From sequence record NC_048045.1: a stretch of 64,000 nucleotides of DNA. One strand, 5' to 3'. This document shows positions 1-9,270 of the stretch, in pieces. The stretch's first letter is position 1; every line of letters starts with the position of its first letter. A program made the position numbers and the translations under genes. The notes under the pieces were generated by a model that saw only the letters and a program-made list of their open reading frames with translations, had not been told where the DNA came from and did not search any database.

Positions 1-168
1 TGAACTCCGGATCGAGTTCGCGCACGGCGATGTAGTGGTCGATCACCTGATCGCGGGTCCCGTCCACGCCGATGAGAAAAGGGTTGCCCGCCGGCGTCCC
101 CCGGCCGACGTACTTGGACATCGGCGGGAGGTGGCCTGGGAAATCGCTTCGGCTCAGGACTTGGAGGA

Positions 169-864
169 TCACGCCGCCTTGCTCTCCACGTATTCGGCCA
201 GCCGCGCGATCGTGTCCTCCGCCGAGGTGTGGTAGATCGCGAAACCCCCGGCGTCGATCCAGGCGTTGCAGTTGGCCGTGCGGTCGTCGATCAGGACTTG
301 GTGGTCCGAGTGCTTGCGGTGCATGAAGGTCTGCTTCAGCGCCGACGTCGTGCAGATGAACCGATGGTCCGGCAGGCGGACGCGGCGGCTGAACGGCGGG
401 TCCTTCTCGAACACGATCTCGGTGATCCGGGCGACGGCCTCTTCCTCGCTGATCTCGCTGGGAATGGCGCGCGCAAGGTCGCCGTAGAGGTTGGCGGCGG
501 GGATGAAGCGCTCTTCGACCCAGCGCCGCTTGCTATAGGCCGCGCCCAGCCAATAGGGATGGGTCAGATAGGTGTCATCCGTGGCGCCGAACTTCGGAGC
601 CGCCGTCAGGATGATGGGCTCAGCCGGGGCCAGGGTGTGGAGCAGCTTCAGGGCGCCCGGCATGAACGGCAGGGTCTCGAAGAAGTCCGTGCCTTGGATC
701 GACCGGTACATCCCCTGCTTCCAGAGGTTGGCCTCGTCATCCATGGTGTGGCTCGACTGGTTGTAGGTCGGGTCGGGGTTGAAGCCCAGCCGGCGGATGC
801 CTTCGTCGAAGTCGGCGCCGACCCCGTCGAGGTCGAGATAGATGGCGTAGTTCTTCAGGTCCAT
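169..864 (-). CDS. HAD-superfamily 5'(3')-deoxyribonucleotidase-like protein
   Basis: Motif I YLDLDGVGADF near the N-terminus and LIDDRTANCNAW motif IV; start trimmed to ATG 864. Confidence 0.85.
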   Translation of the reverse strand: MDLKNYAIYLDLDGVGADFDEGIRRLGFNPDPTYNQSSHTMDDEANLWKQGMYRSIQGTDFFETLPFMPGALKLLHTLAPAEPIILTAAPKFGATDDTYLTHPYWLGAAYSKRRWVEERFIPAANLYGDLARAIPSEISEEEAVARITEIVFEKDPPFSRRVRLPDHRFICTTSALKQTFMHRKHSDHQVLIDDRTANCNAWIDAGGFAIYHTSAEDTIARLAEYVESKAA

Positions 865-866
865 GA

Positions 867-1232
867 TCAATTGCACTCCCGCAGGTCGCCCAGGCCGCCG
901 ATCTGGACGTCGCACTCGGCCAGGGCCTGCTCGCGCCGCTCGCACATCCCGATCAGGTCCTCGATGCAGTCGACCAGCATGCCGACCCCGTCGTAGAGGT
1001 CGATCTCCTGGTCCTCGGTCAGCGTGCCGCCCACCTCGGCGATGTCGGCGATCTGACGGAACTTGGCCAGCTTGCCGCCCGGCTCCAGGAGTTTCTTGAA
1101 CGCTGCGAGGTTGGGGCTGGGCACCTGGGCGCCCGCCGTGACGAAGCCCGACAGGCGCGGCGCGACGCGCGCCATGGACTCTTCCCGAAGGTCCCCGACC
1201 GGACCCTTCAGGCTCATATTGACGACTTCCAT
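867..1232 (-). CDS. hypothetical protein
   Basis: GGAG upstream of ATG 1232; packed leftward array. Confidence 0.75.
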   Translation of the reverse strand: MEVVNMSLKGPVGDLREESMARVAPRLSGFVTAGAQVPSPNLAAFKKLLEPGGKLAKFRQIADIAEVGGTLTEDQEIDLYDGVGMLVDCIEDLIGMCERREQALAECDVQIGGLGDLRECN

Positions 1233-1234
1233 GT

Positions 1235-1432
1235 CTACTCCGGAAATTTGTTGTGCAGGTCGATCGCGATGCGGGCCAACTCGTAGTTGGTCTTGACGGT
1301 CAACTTCGCCGTCGGGACCCGCTCGATTTTCAGTTGGTCGCACATCATATGGATGGCGTGGATGATGTCGCTCTTGCGCTTCTTCTCATAATAGCGGTGC
1401 GACACCGTGGCGCGGATTTCGACGATCGCCAT
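1235..1432 (-). CDS. hypothetical protein
   Basis: Packed leftward array, GC3-rich codons. Confidence 0.75.
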   Translation of the reverse strand: MAIVEIRATVSHRYYEKKRKSDIIHAIHMMCDQLKIERVPTAKLTVKTNYELARIAIDLHNKFPE

Positions 1433-1770
1433 CAGAGGGCGCCCGCGCAGGCCAGGGCCATTATCCAGCCCCGCTCGGTGGGCTCGAAGCGCGCCACCGG
1501 CGAGATCACCTTGCGATCGTCGGTGAAGTGGGGGTCGAGCCAGCCCTTGTTGGCTTTGACGATCTGGTCGATCCCGCTGGCCTGGAACACCAGGACCTTG
1601 CGGCCCTCATAGTTGAGGCAATCAGGGTAGCAAATTTCCGCCACAAAGCCGCGACCGACCTTCTCGCCCCGGATCAGAGTCCACTTAGCGGGGTTGGGAT
1701 CGCCGGGCGCCAGGGTGAGAGGCGATTGCCCCTCAACCTTGACGGCGACACCTGATGAGAATGGGCGCAT
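1432..1770 (-). CDS. hypothetical protein
   Basis: GAGGA upstream of ATG 1770; start uncertain. Confidence 0.7.
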   Translation of the reverse strand: MRPFSSGVAVKVEGQSPLTLAPGDPNPAKWTLIRGEKVGRGFVAEICYPDCLNYEGRKVLVFQASGIDQIVKANKGWLDPHFTDDRKVISPVARFEPTERGWIMALACAGAL

Positions 1771-1872
1771 GCCGACGTCCTCGCGTTCGAGGGTTCGGCT
1801 GGTCGACAGCGGACGGATTCCGCTAGGCTGGCGCGGCGAGCGCCCGGCCGAGAAATGACGCATGACCCCCAT

Positions 1873-2259
1873 CTAGTCCCCCAGGCCTTGCATGGCGTTG
1901 TCGCGGCTGTCCTCGGCGTCGGGCCGGACCGCCAGTTCCGCCAGGAGGTCGACGTCCAGGTGGCGGTTGTAGATCGCCGCGCCCCTGTACTTGAAGAGTT
2001 CGCTGGCCTCGTGCAGCAGCGCCCGCTCCACCGCCGCCCAGGCCGTCTGCACGATCTCGGTGTCGGTGGCGTAGTAGGAGAGCTTCCACTTGCGGCCCTT
2101 CCAGGCCTCGGGCTCGCCCGTGACGGTGTTGACGCCGTCCTTGCAGGACACCTGGAGCCAGACTTCCGCATGGCTCGTGCTGAGCAGGAACTCAAAGCCC
2201 GGATAGCTGACTCGATCGACGACGTCGCGGATGGACTGGGGCGTGCGCATCTCTGCCAT
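1873..2259 (-). CDS. hypothetical phage protein
   Basis: Clean ORF, packed array. Confidence 0.8.
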   Translation of the reverse strand: MAEMRTPQSIRDVVDRVSYPGFEFLLSTSHAEVWLQVSCKDGVNTVTGEPEAWKGRKWKLSYYATDTEIVQTAWAAVERALLHEASELFKYRGAAIYNRHLDVDLLAELAVRPDAEDSRDNAMQGLGD

Positions 2260-2260
2260 G

Positions 2261-2725
2261 TCAGGGCCTCGACTTGATCAGCCGGCGCGGCTTGCGCCGG
2301 GGCGACTTGAAGGACATCAGCGGGTAGCCGCTACCCGCGTACACGGGTTCCGGCGGCGGATCGGGGAGGTCGGCCGGGCGCTCCAGGCTGAAGCCACCCA
2401 TGTCGAGGTCGTAGATCGACAGGCGCTCGCTGTAGCCGTAGCGGTTGTTGGCGAAGGTGATCCCGACATCGCCCATCGACGAGACCATGATCACCCGGCA
2501 GGCCTTCCCGCCCTTGCGCCCGTAGAGCGCCGGCATGAAGCCCGCCTCCTCGATCGCCAGGGTCTCGGTGGCGTTGCCGGCGTTGAGCGCCAGGAAGCCC
2601 CGGACGATGGCCGGCAGCTTGTAGTCGCAGATCGCCCGGCTGTTGCTGGCCTCGTAGGGCATGCCGATCTTGCCCTCGATCACCGCGCCCAGGATTTCGG
2701 CGTCCGACATCGTCTCAGCGGTCAT
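2261..2725 (-). CDS. hypothetical protein
   Basis: Clean ORF, packed array. Confidence 0.75.
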   Translation of the reverse strand: MTAETMSDAEILGAVIEGKIGMPYEASNSRAICDYKLPAIVRGFLALNAGNATETLAIEEAGFMPALYGRKGGKACRVIMVSSMGDVGITFANNRYGYSERLSIYDLDMGGFSLERPADLPDPPPEPVYAGSGYPLMSFKSPRRKPRRLIKSRP

Positions 2726-2972
2726 AGGTGATCCTGTAGGGCAGACCGCCGACGCAAATCTTGCCCCGACGCCCGCTGGCGGTGGTGAAGGAAAAGCCCT
2801 GGCGGCCTTTGGTCCCGGCGCAAGCGAACCAGCGCCGGTGGAAGCTCACGATCGTCGAGCCCGTGTCGCGCTCGACGAGCCGCCGGGCATGGTTGCCCTC
2901 CCAGCCCAGGGCATAGAGCCCGATCGCCGTGAAGATCAGGCCCAGGGCGAAAGTCGCGGCGATCGACCTCAC
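2715..2972 (-). CDS. small protein with N-terminal hydrophobic helix
   Basis: MRSIAATFALGLIFTAIGLYALGW signal/TM-like segment. Confidence 0.7.
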   Translation of the reverse strand: MRSIAATFALGLIFTAIGLYALGWEGNHARRLVERDTGSTIVSFHRRWFACAGTKGRQGFSFTTASGRRGKICVGGLPYRITYDR

Positions 2973-3349
2973 GCGGCGGCCAGCCCGCCGATGACGTCGG
3001 TGACGATCCGGCGCTTTTCAGCCGACATGCCGGCCAGGGCCAGGATCGTGCCCGCGCCGATCTCGGCGACGGCGTTGTCCACGGCGGCGCGGCCGTCGGT
3101 CATGTAGGCGGGATCATCGACCGGCGGGTAGAAGCTCTCGATCGGCTGCTTCAGGAAGCGCGCGGCCTCGTAGAGCTTCGAGGACGAGATGCGGTTGGAG
3201 CCGCGCTCGTACTTCTGCACCTGCTGGAAGGTCAGGCCCAGAGCAGCGGCGAGGTCGCCCTGGGAGGCACCTTGCTCCTTGCGGGCTTGACGCAGGCGCT
3301 GGCCGACGAACAGGTCGACGGGGTGAGGGGTCTTGTCTTCGTCAGCCAT
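2969..3349 (-). CDS. XRE (Cro/C1 HTH) family transcriptional regulator
   Basis: VGQRLRQARKEQGASQGDLAAALGLTFQQVQKYERGSNRISSSKLYEAA, the classic alphaproteobacterial XRE signature. Confidence 0.92.
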   Translation of the reverse strand: MADEDKTPHPVDLFVGQRLRQARKEQGASQGDLAAALGLTFQQVQKYERGSNRISSSKLYEAARFLKQPIESFYPPVDDPAYMTDGRAAVDNAVAEIGAGTILALAGMSAEKRRIVTDVIGGLAAA

Positions 3350-4325
3350 TGACGGCTTCCTCCTTCTTTTGTTGGCGGGCCTTGCGGCGGTGCGTGTACG
3401 CCGCGCGCAGGGCCTGGGTGGTGTCGTCGTGCGTGCCCAGGTCAATCCCATCGGGCGCGACGACGCTGTTCTTCAGGCCGAACCGGTAGCCCTCGGCCTC
3501 CAGTTCGTAGATCGCCTGCTCCTCGTGCATCTGGGCGAGGTGGCGGTAGTATTCCGCCAGGGCCAGTTCGTAGTCGCCCAGGAAGACGCGCGCGCTGCGC
3601 TCGGTCCCGGCGACCTCGGCGTGGAAGGTCAGCAGGAACCGGCCAGGGCCGACATGCGTCAGCTTGTAGCCGGTCTCGGCCAGGACCTCCTCGACGGTCT
3701 TGACGACCTCGTAGATGTGGAAGGTCCACACCGACTCGATGTGGGTGTCGTGGTAGAGGTACTCGTGCTCGGGCTTCTGCTCGCCGATGTAGGGACCCCA
3801 CTTGTGATAGCGCCAGCCGCCGCTTTCGGGCTGATGCTCGCGGCGCACCTCGACCATCGAGATGAAGTAGTTGGTGTCCGGATCGTCGATCAGGTCCGGG
3901 ATCAGCGCCAGCAGTTGCTCGGGGCCGTCGCAGACGCCGTAGCTGTCGATGGGTTCGGCGATGCGCTTGTAGCCGTCGGCCACCGGCGGCAGGTCCTCGT
4001 TGTCCAGGTCGCCCACGACCTCGATCTTGTACTTGTCGTAGAGGAGCTTGATGCGCGCCTCGCGGCGCTCGCCATCGGCCTTGATCCAGGCGCGGAACGC
4101 AGCGGTGCGCTCATCCTCGGTCTGGCCGGCCTTGTACTCAGGCCCCCAGCGGCCCCACTTGTCCTCGATCTTCTCGACGATCTCGTACTCGGGGTTCCAG
4201 GAGCCCAGCGCGAAGACGCCCTGGGCCAGCCGCTTGGGAAAGCCCGAGCGCTTGCTGCTCTCGGCGATCATGCGAGCGATGGGATCGACGGCCGAGGCCG
4301 GGCGCGGGGTGATGTCGTAGAGCAT
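3342..4325 (-). CDS. hypothetical phage protein (327 aa)
   Basis: Long ORF, strong codon bias; contains GWRYHKWGPYIG. Confidence 0.85.
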   Translation of the reverse strand: MLYDITPRPASAVDPIARMIAESSKRSGFPKRLAQGVFALGSWNPEYEIVEKIEDKWGRWGPEYKAGQTEDERTAAFRAWIKADGERREARIKLLYDKYKIEVVGDLDNEDLPPVADGYKRIAEPIDSYGVCDGPEQLLALIPDLIDDPDTNYFISMVEVRREHQPESGGWRYHKWGPYIGEQKPEHEYLYHDTHIESVWTFHIYEVVKTVEEVLAETGYKLTHVGPGRFLLTFHAEVAGTERSARVFLGDYELALAEYYRHLAQMHEEQAIYELEAEGYRFGLKNSVVAPDGIDLGTHDDTTQALRAAYTHRRKARQQKKEEAVNG

Positions 4326-4624
4326 CAGGCGGCGCCCTGGGCGATTTCGTAGACGATCTTGGAGATGCCGCCGAGGTCCACGGTGAAGCGGTCCTCCGAG
4401 CCATCGAAGATGTACTGCCCGACGCAGCCGATCGGCAGCATCTTGCCGTTATCCAGGTAGATGGCGTGCGGGGTGGCCTCGACCACGCCCCGGATCGCGC
4501 CTTGCTCTTCAGTCGGCGCCATGTCCACGAAGGTGTCCTTGGCGCTCTTGATCCGAACCACCGCCACGCGAAGACGCGCGCCCGGCTGGTTGAGTTTGGC
4601 AATCAGGTCGGCGGTGGTTTGCAC
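4325..4624 (-). CDS. hypothetical protein
   Basis: GTG start, GAGGAG RBS downstream of leftward promoter. Confidence 0.8.
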   Translation of the reverse strand: MQTTADLIAKLNQPGARLRVAVVRIKSAKDTFVDMAPTEEQGAIRGVVEATPHAIYLDNGKMLPIGCVGQYIFDGSEDRFTVDLGGISKIVYEIAQGAA

Positions 4625-4636
4625 GCGGGTCTCCTC

Positions 4637-4698
4637 TATGTCGTCGTCCCGACCCTCTTAGGTGGAGTTTCCACTTCTGTCAACACACAACCGCCAGC
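4637..4698 (-). promoter_or_regulatory. leftward sigma70-type promoter of the repeated family
   Basis: TTGACA (4683-4678), 17 nt, TAAGAG (4660-4655), GACGAC at +1; 18-mer GCTGGCGGTTGTGTGTTG upstream. Confidence 0.75.
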
Positions 4699-4702
4699 AG
4701 GC

Positions 4703-4738
4703 AAAAAGAAACCGCCGACCCGAGGGCCGGCGGTTTTG
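4703..4738 (-). terminator. intrinsic terminator
   Basis: Minus strand AACCGCCGGCCC-TC-GGGTCGGCGGTT hairpin followed by TCTTTTT, just after the 620-aa ORF. Confidence 0.75.
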
Positions 4739-4756
4739 GGAGGTGTGGGCTCGCGA

Positions 4757-6619
4757 CTAGACGTCGAGGATGAAGTAGCGCTCGCTGGACGGGCCGTCGA
4801 CTTCAACGACAAAGCCCGCCGCCTTCAGGGCCTCGATTGCCTTGGCGGTGTGGTAGAGCGACAGCGAGGACGCTTCGCTGATCCGGGACAGCGAGAAGCC
4901 ATGCTCGGCGATCTTGAGGTCTTGCAGCGACAGTTCGTTCAGGGTGGTGATCACCACGCCGGCCGGGGCCAGTTCGTAGGCGCCCTCGAAATCGCGATCC
5001 TCCGAGAGGCGCACAAGGCCCTCCTGCTCGATGTTGTCCATCAGCGCGGCCAGGAACTCCGGATCGACGTACCCGACGTGGCTGCGGATTTCGCTCAGAT
5101 AGGCCGGGCCGTCGATGTCGACGGCATTGAGCACCGCCAGCAGGGCGATGCCCGGCATGACCGCGACGACTTGCTCGGCCTTCTCCTCCTCGGACAGTTC
5201 GACCGGGATGCCGGCGCCGCGCGACAGCGGGATCACGGCCTCGTCCGGGTGCGTCTCGATATAGGCCTTGATCGCCCGCAGCGCGGACAGGAAGTGCGCC
5301 TGGGGGATTTCGTCCAGCTTGAACGTGATGCAGTCATCGTCGGTCAGGGGGTAGTGGGCGCGCAGGTTGGCGACGATGTCTTCGGGCCAAGCCTCCAGCA
5401 CCGCGTCCCACAAAGCCTTGGGCATGTGGAAGGCGCCGAAGGACAGGGACTGCTCGGGCGTGGCGCTTTCGACGGCGGCGATGGACTCGTCGATGCTGGC
5501 GGCGCTGTAGCCGCCGACATAGCCGTTTTGCGACGCGTGGAGGACCTCGGCGGCCTCCTCGGCGCTCAGCCCCGTGATGGTCTTCTCCACGGCGTCCTCG
5601 GGCTCCTGGAGCGGCTCCAGGGTCTTCAGCCGATCGCTCAGGCCCTGGATGGACTCGTAGGCTTCGGCCGCGTCAACGTCGAGCTTCAGCGTCAAGCGCT
5701 CCGGCCGGGCGCTGAACTCCTCGCCCGTGATGGTGTAGGCGCCGTCGCGCTCCAGGATTTCCAGGTTCAGGAAACGCCCAGTGTCGTTGAGGGCGCGGAA
5801 GCGCGCATAGAGCGCGTCCTGCTCGATCAGATCGGTGAAGATGCCCTTGTCGAGCGCGAACAGCAGGTCACCGTAGGACCGCAACGCCTCGCCTTCGACG
5901 AAGGGCGCGCTCTCCTCGGGCTGCTCCCGCGTGAAGCGTAGGCCCGGCCCGGTGGTTTCGGTCTCTTGCGGCTTGATGAGGGGTTCTTCGATCACGGGGG
6001 CTTTCTCCTTGAAGATGATGGAGGTCAGTTCGTTCAGCGAAACCGACCAGTTGGTGTCGACCTGGGCGGCATAGCGGCCGGAAAGGTCGTTCCATTCGAC
6101 CTTGCCGATCTCACCGCTGAGCATCTTGCTGTCCCAGGCCGAAGGGAACGTGACGTCGGCGCCGCCGAAGAAGTCGGTCAGGTGCCCCGCGAAGGCCTCG
6201 ATGTCCTCGCGGGTCGCCGGGCGCACTTCACGCAGCGGGTAGGAGTGATGGACGCCGGGCCGCGCGTCTTCGATCTCGACGAAGATCGGCCCGTGCTCGG
6301 TGTGGAAGCGCTGGGTGTAGCCGATCATCTCGCCTTGGGGGGTCATGACCATCACCGGTAGGGCCGAGAACTTGTGGTTCAGCCGATCCACATAGTCGCT
6401 CGGATAGGCGGTGGTCGTGTAGATCAGGTTGTCGCCGCGCCGCACGCCGCTGTAGTCGATCACGCAGAGGGGCACGGCGGTGCCCGGCGGCAGGCGCGGG
6501 CGGTCGACGAAGACCTGACCATCGGCCACCGGCGGGGACGATCCATGGATATAGGGGAGCACCTCGCTGAAGGTGGCGGTCCAGGCGGGCTTGACCCGGT
6601 CGAGGAAAGTTTCGGTCAA
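4757..6619 (-). CDS. large hypothetical protein with two putative C-terminal winged-helix domains
   Basis: 620 aa; C-terminal ...LMDNIEQEGLVRLS...AYELAPAG and ...TAKAIEALKAAGFVVEV wHTH-like repeats. Confidence 0.8.
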   Translation of the reverse strand: MTETFLDRVKPAWTATFSEVLPYIHGSSPPVADGQVFVDRPRLPPGTAVPLCVIDYSGVRRGDNLIYTTTAYPSDYVDRLNHKFSALPVMVMTPQGEMIGYTQRFHTEHGPIFVEIEDARPGVHHSYPLREVRPATREDIEAFAGHLTDFFGGADVTFPSAWDSKMLSGEIGKVEWNDLSGRYAAQVDTNWSVSLNELTSIIFKEKAPVIEEPLIKPQETETTGPGLRFTREQPEESAPFVEGEALRSYGDLLFALDKGIFTDLIEQDALYARFRALNDTGRFLNLEILERDGAYTITGEEFSARPERLTLKLDVDAAEAYESIQGLSDRLKTLEPLQEPEDAVEKTITGLSAEEAAEVLHASQNGYVGGYSAASIDESIAAVESATPEQSLSFGAFHMPKALWDAVLEAWPEDIVANLRAHYPLTDDDCITFKLDEIPQAHFLSALRAIKAYIETHPDEAVIPLSRGAGIPVELSEEEKAEQVVAVMPGIALLAVLNAVDIDGPAYLSEIRSHVGYVDPEFLAALMDNIEQEGLVRLSEDRDFEGAYELAPAGVVITTLNELSLQDLKIAEHGFSLSRISEASSLSLYHTAKAIEALKAAGFVVEVDGPSSERYFILDV

Positions 6620-6628
6620 GGTGGTCCC

Positions 6629-7093
6629 CTATTCGCTCGGAATGACGGACGCCGGGGCGTCCAGGTCGAAGGTCTCGCCCTCATCGGTGAGGGCGAAGGT
6701 GGCGTAGCCGTCAGGGCTCTTGACCATGGACAGCATCTTGATCAGGCCGTGCTTCTCCAGCGCCTGGGCGGCGGGATAGTCGGCGTGCTGGTAGAAGACG
6801 TTGAGCCGCCCGCCGTTACCCAGGATGCGCACGCTGCGCAGCAACATGGCCTCTTGCTCGCTCAAGCCCAGCGTACCCTTGATCCGCACGCGGGCCAGAT
6901 GCACGTCGATCACATGCGTTTGGCCCTCATGCTCGAACTCGATGATCGCCAGCGGCCCGAACGAGCCGTTGGTCACCGCCAGGATCACGCCCTCGAACTC
7001 GGTCGTCTTGCGGGCGGTGATCGGGACGTAGTAGTCGAAGAACACGGTCTTGCCCTTCATCACGTGGTGGGCCTGGGGCGCGACAGTGCTCAT
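6629..7093 (-). CDS. hypothetical protein, possible C-terminal wHTH
   Basis: AQALEKHGLIK...FALTDEG motif. Confidence 0.75.
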   Translation of the reverse strand: MSTVAPQAHHVMKGKTVFFDYYVPITARKTTEFEGVILAVTNGSFGPLAIIEFEHEGQTHVIDVHLARVRIKGTLGLSEQEAMLLRSVRILGNGGRLNVFYQHADYPAAQALEKHGLIKMLSMVKSPDGYATFALTDEGETFDLDAPASVIPSE

Positions 7094-7341
7094 GTTGTGG
7101 AGTCCTTCTTGCGGGCGGTGTAGTGGAACTCGTCGTGCATGCGCCCGTCCAAGGTGATCTCGTAGCCGGGACCCAGTTCAGCCAGGATGCGCGCCTCGAT
7201 CTCGGCGAAGTCGATGTTGGCCATCGCACGCTCGGCCGCCGCCGCCTGCTCCAGAAAGCTGCTCCTGATCTTGGCGCCGGCCTCGGTACGGATCGGGATG
7301 TTCTGGATGGGTGGCTCGGACTTGGACAGGCGCTCGGTCAT
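7090..7341 (-). CDS. hypothetical protein
   Basis: ATG 7341 overlaps upstream stop. Confidence 0.7.
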   Translation of the reverse strand: MTERLSKSEPPIQNIPIRTEAGAKIRSSFLEQAAAAERAMANIDFAEIEARILAELGPGYEITLDGRMHDEFHYTARKKDSTT

Positions 7342-7886
7342 CAAGCCCTCTTTTTCTTGCCGACGTGCGAGGGGCGCGTGGCGGCCTTGTAGACGAATGG
7401 GCGATAGGCCATGCGGTGGTGGTCGATGCAGTAGACGCCCTGCGCGGTGCGGCACCCGCAATGGCCGAAGTTCTGGTCGGTCGGGTCGCCGTAGGGCCAG
7501 CGGCACATCCCGCGCCCCAGGCTCAGGGTGGGGACGACAGTCTCGGGACGCACCGGGATCGGCGCCTGCCCCTCGGGGACCAGTTCGATCTTGGGCTTCG
7601 AAGGCGTTTCGGCCTTGGGCTTGGCGGCTTTCTTGGGCTTGGCGACCTTGACCTTCTTGATCTGGATGCCGTAGCCGCGCGTTTTCTTGCGGCGCTCCTG
7701 GAGCGGCAAGACCTTGTCGCCCAGTTCGCCCTTCTGGCGCAGGCGATCGCCCATGCCGCAGACGGCGCTCTTGCTGCGCGGCTCGCGTAGCATTTCCCCG
7801 ATCTGCTTGGTCCCGACAGGCTCGGCCCAGAGCTTCTTGAGCAGGGCGATGTCCTCGGCCAGCCAGTCCGACTTACGCTTCTTCAC
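7341..7886 (-). CDS. gcrA: GcrA-like cell-cycle regulator
   Basis: N-terminal W..E.I..LKKLW..P....QI...L....SKSAVCG...RL; basic linker; C-terminal CRWPYGDP...FGHCG......YCIDH Cys/His domain typical of the GcrA family. Confidence 0.9.
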   Translation of the reverse strand: MKKRKSDWLAEDIALLKKLWAEPVGTKQIGEMLREPRSKSAVCGMGDRLRQKGELGDKVLPLQERRKKTRGYGIQIKKVKVAKPKKAAKPKAETPSKPKIELVPEGQAPIPVRPETVVPTLSLGRGMCRWPYGDPTDQNFGHCGCRTAQGVYCIDHHRMAYRPFVYKAATRPSHVGKKKRA

Positions 7887-7894
7887 CTTGAACG

Positions 7895-8080
7895 CTACTC
7901 CTGTTTTGCCTTGGCGGGGCGCCGGCGGCTCGTGGGATGGGGGACGAACACCAGGGCGACGGTCGAGCCGCCGGTGTAAAAGGTCCGGCGGCTATAGAGC
8001 CAACCGCCCTCGACTTCCAGGCGATCGGTGACTTGCCCGTCCGCTTCGTCGACTTTTTCCCATTTCGTCTTCTTGGCCAT
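7895..8080 (-). CDS. hypothetical protein
   Basis: First gene of the leftward unit; GAGGG upstream of ATG 8080. Confidence 0.7.
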   Translation of the reverse strand: MAKKTKWEKVDEADGQVTDRLEVEGGWLYSRRTFYTGGSTVALVFVPHPTSRRRPAKAKQE

Positions 8081-8102
8081 GTGCCCCTCGAAATTCGCCG
8101 GC

Positions 8103-8131
8103 ACCCTAGAGACGCGCCGATGTGTTGACAA
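8103..8131 (-). promoter_or_regulatory. leftward promoter of the divergent switch
   Basis: Minus strand TTGTCA, 17 nt, TAGGGT. Confidence 0.55.
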
Positions 8132-8158
8132 GCGCAAAATAGCTCTGGCTGGCGAGTG

Positions 8159-8202
8159 TTGACAAGGAGGCGGTGGTCCCTTAGAAGGGCGGCGACGACA
8201 AC
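8159..8202 (+). promoter_or_regulatory. repeated promoter P1
   Basis: TTGACA-17-TAGAAG, GACGACAAC 8194-8202, then GGAGG. Confidence 0.8.
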
Positions 8203-8216
8203 GAAAGGAGGCGCCG

Positions 8217-8516
8217 ATGCGCTACGTTCTGGAGTACATGGACTGCGACGACCAGATCGTCCAGGTCGACTTCGAGGCCGCCACCCGCGCCTCGGCGATC
8301 GCCAAGGCCAAGCGCCTCTTCGTGAAGGCGGTCGAGGCCAGCGGTCGGTCGATCTTCACCGGCTATATGTTCGAGGACCACTCGATCACCATGAAGGTGA
8401 AGCTGGTCCCGTTCGGCACCCTGAGCCGCTACCTGGGTCTGGGCAAGGTCACCGTCGCCAACATCGCGTTCGACGACCGCGACGCCAAGATCGCCCGCCA
8501 GGACATGGCCGCATGA
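8217..8516 (+). CDS. hypothetical protein
   Basis: AAGGAGG RBS after P1. Confidence 0.85.
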   Translation: MRYVLEYMDCDDQIVQVDFEAATRASAIAKAKRLFVKAVEASGRSIFTGYMFEDHSITMKVKLVPFGTLSRYLGLGKVTVANIAFDDRDAKIARQDMAA

Positions 8517-8725
8517 TCAGGGTCGAGGACGTCAAGCCCGGCTTCATCTATCGCGGCGGCAAGGGCGGCGCCCTGCGCCAAGTGGTCAGCTACGGCGCCC
8601 ACGAGGGCTTTGTCTGCTGGGCCAACCCGCACGATCGCCTGCCCTATGGCGGGTTCCTCACCACCACCTGCACCAGCCGGGCGTCGTTCGCCCGCTGGGC
8701 CGACAAGATCGAGGAAGAGGTTTGA
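8513..8725 (+). CDS. hypothetical protein
   Basis: ATGA overlap with upstream gene. Confidence 0.75.
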   Translation: MIRVEDVKPGFIYRGGKGGALRQVVSYGAHEGFVCWANPHDRLPYGGFLTTTCTSRASFARWADKIEEEV

Positions 8726-9012
8726 TCACCACCTTCCTACGCTGCACCCACCGCGACGCCGAGGGGCGTCGGTACCTGGAGTTCCGCGAGCCAGACCTCG
8801 TCCAGCGTCTCTATGTGCGCAAGCCGGCCGACGATTGGACCCAGGGCTACCCTATCGTCCTGGAGGACTTCTACAGTGGCTCGCCCGGCGGCAAGACCCT
8901 CTTCCAGGCCGGCAAGCGCCGGGGCTGCGGCATCGGAGCGTTCTTTCGCGCCTACCCCGAGGTCTACAGCCTCATCGTTTTGCGCCAGGAGGCACTCGAT
9001 GCCCAGGTCTAA
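8722..9012 (+). CDS. hypothetical protein
   Basis: TTG start overlapping upstream stop. Confidence 0.75.
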   Translation: MITTFLRCTHRDAEGRRYLEFREPDLVQRLYVRKPADDWTQGYPIVLEDFYSGSPGGKTLFQAGKRRGCGIGAFFRAYPEVYSLIVLRQEALDAQV

Positions 9013-9262
9013 GCGCCCCAACCTGCCGATCACCGTCGCCGACCTCAAGGCGTTCCTGGAGAAGTTCCCGGACGACATGAAGGTCGGCATCCGCGCCGGC
9101 GGCGGACGCTTCACTGGCTTCACCGAGGTCGAGGTCAAGAACCTCACCTCCTACGGCGCCGAGAAGGATCGCCTGACCATGGAGACCTCTCGCGGGGCCA
9201 ACATCTTCAAAGGCTACAAGGGCAAGATTTCCGAGCCCTTCGACGCCCTGATCTTCGACTAG
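8999..9262 (+). CDS. hypothetical protein
   Basis: GGAGG upstream of ATG 8999. Confidence 0.75.
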   Translation: MPRSKRPNLPITVADLKAFLEKFPDDMKVGIRAGGGRFTGFTEVEVKNLTSYGAEKDRLTMETSRGANIFKGYKGKISEPFDALIFD

Positions 9263-9270
9263 GAGGGACC

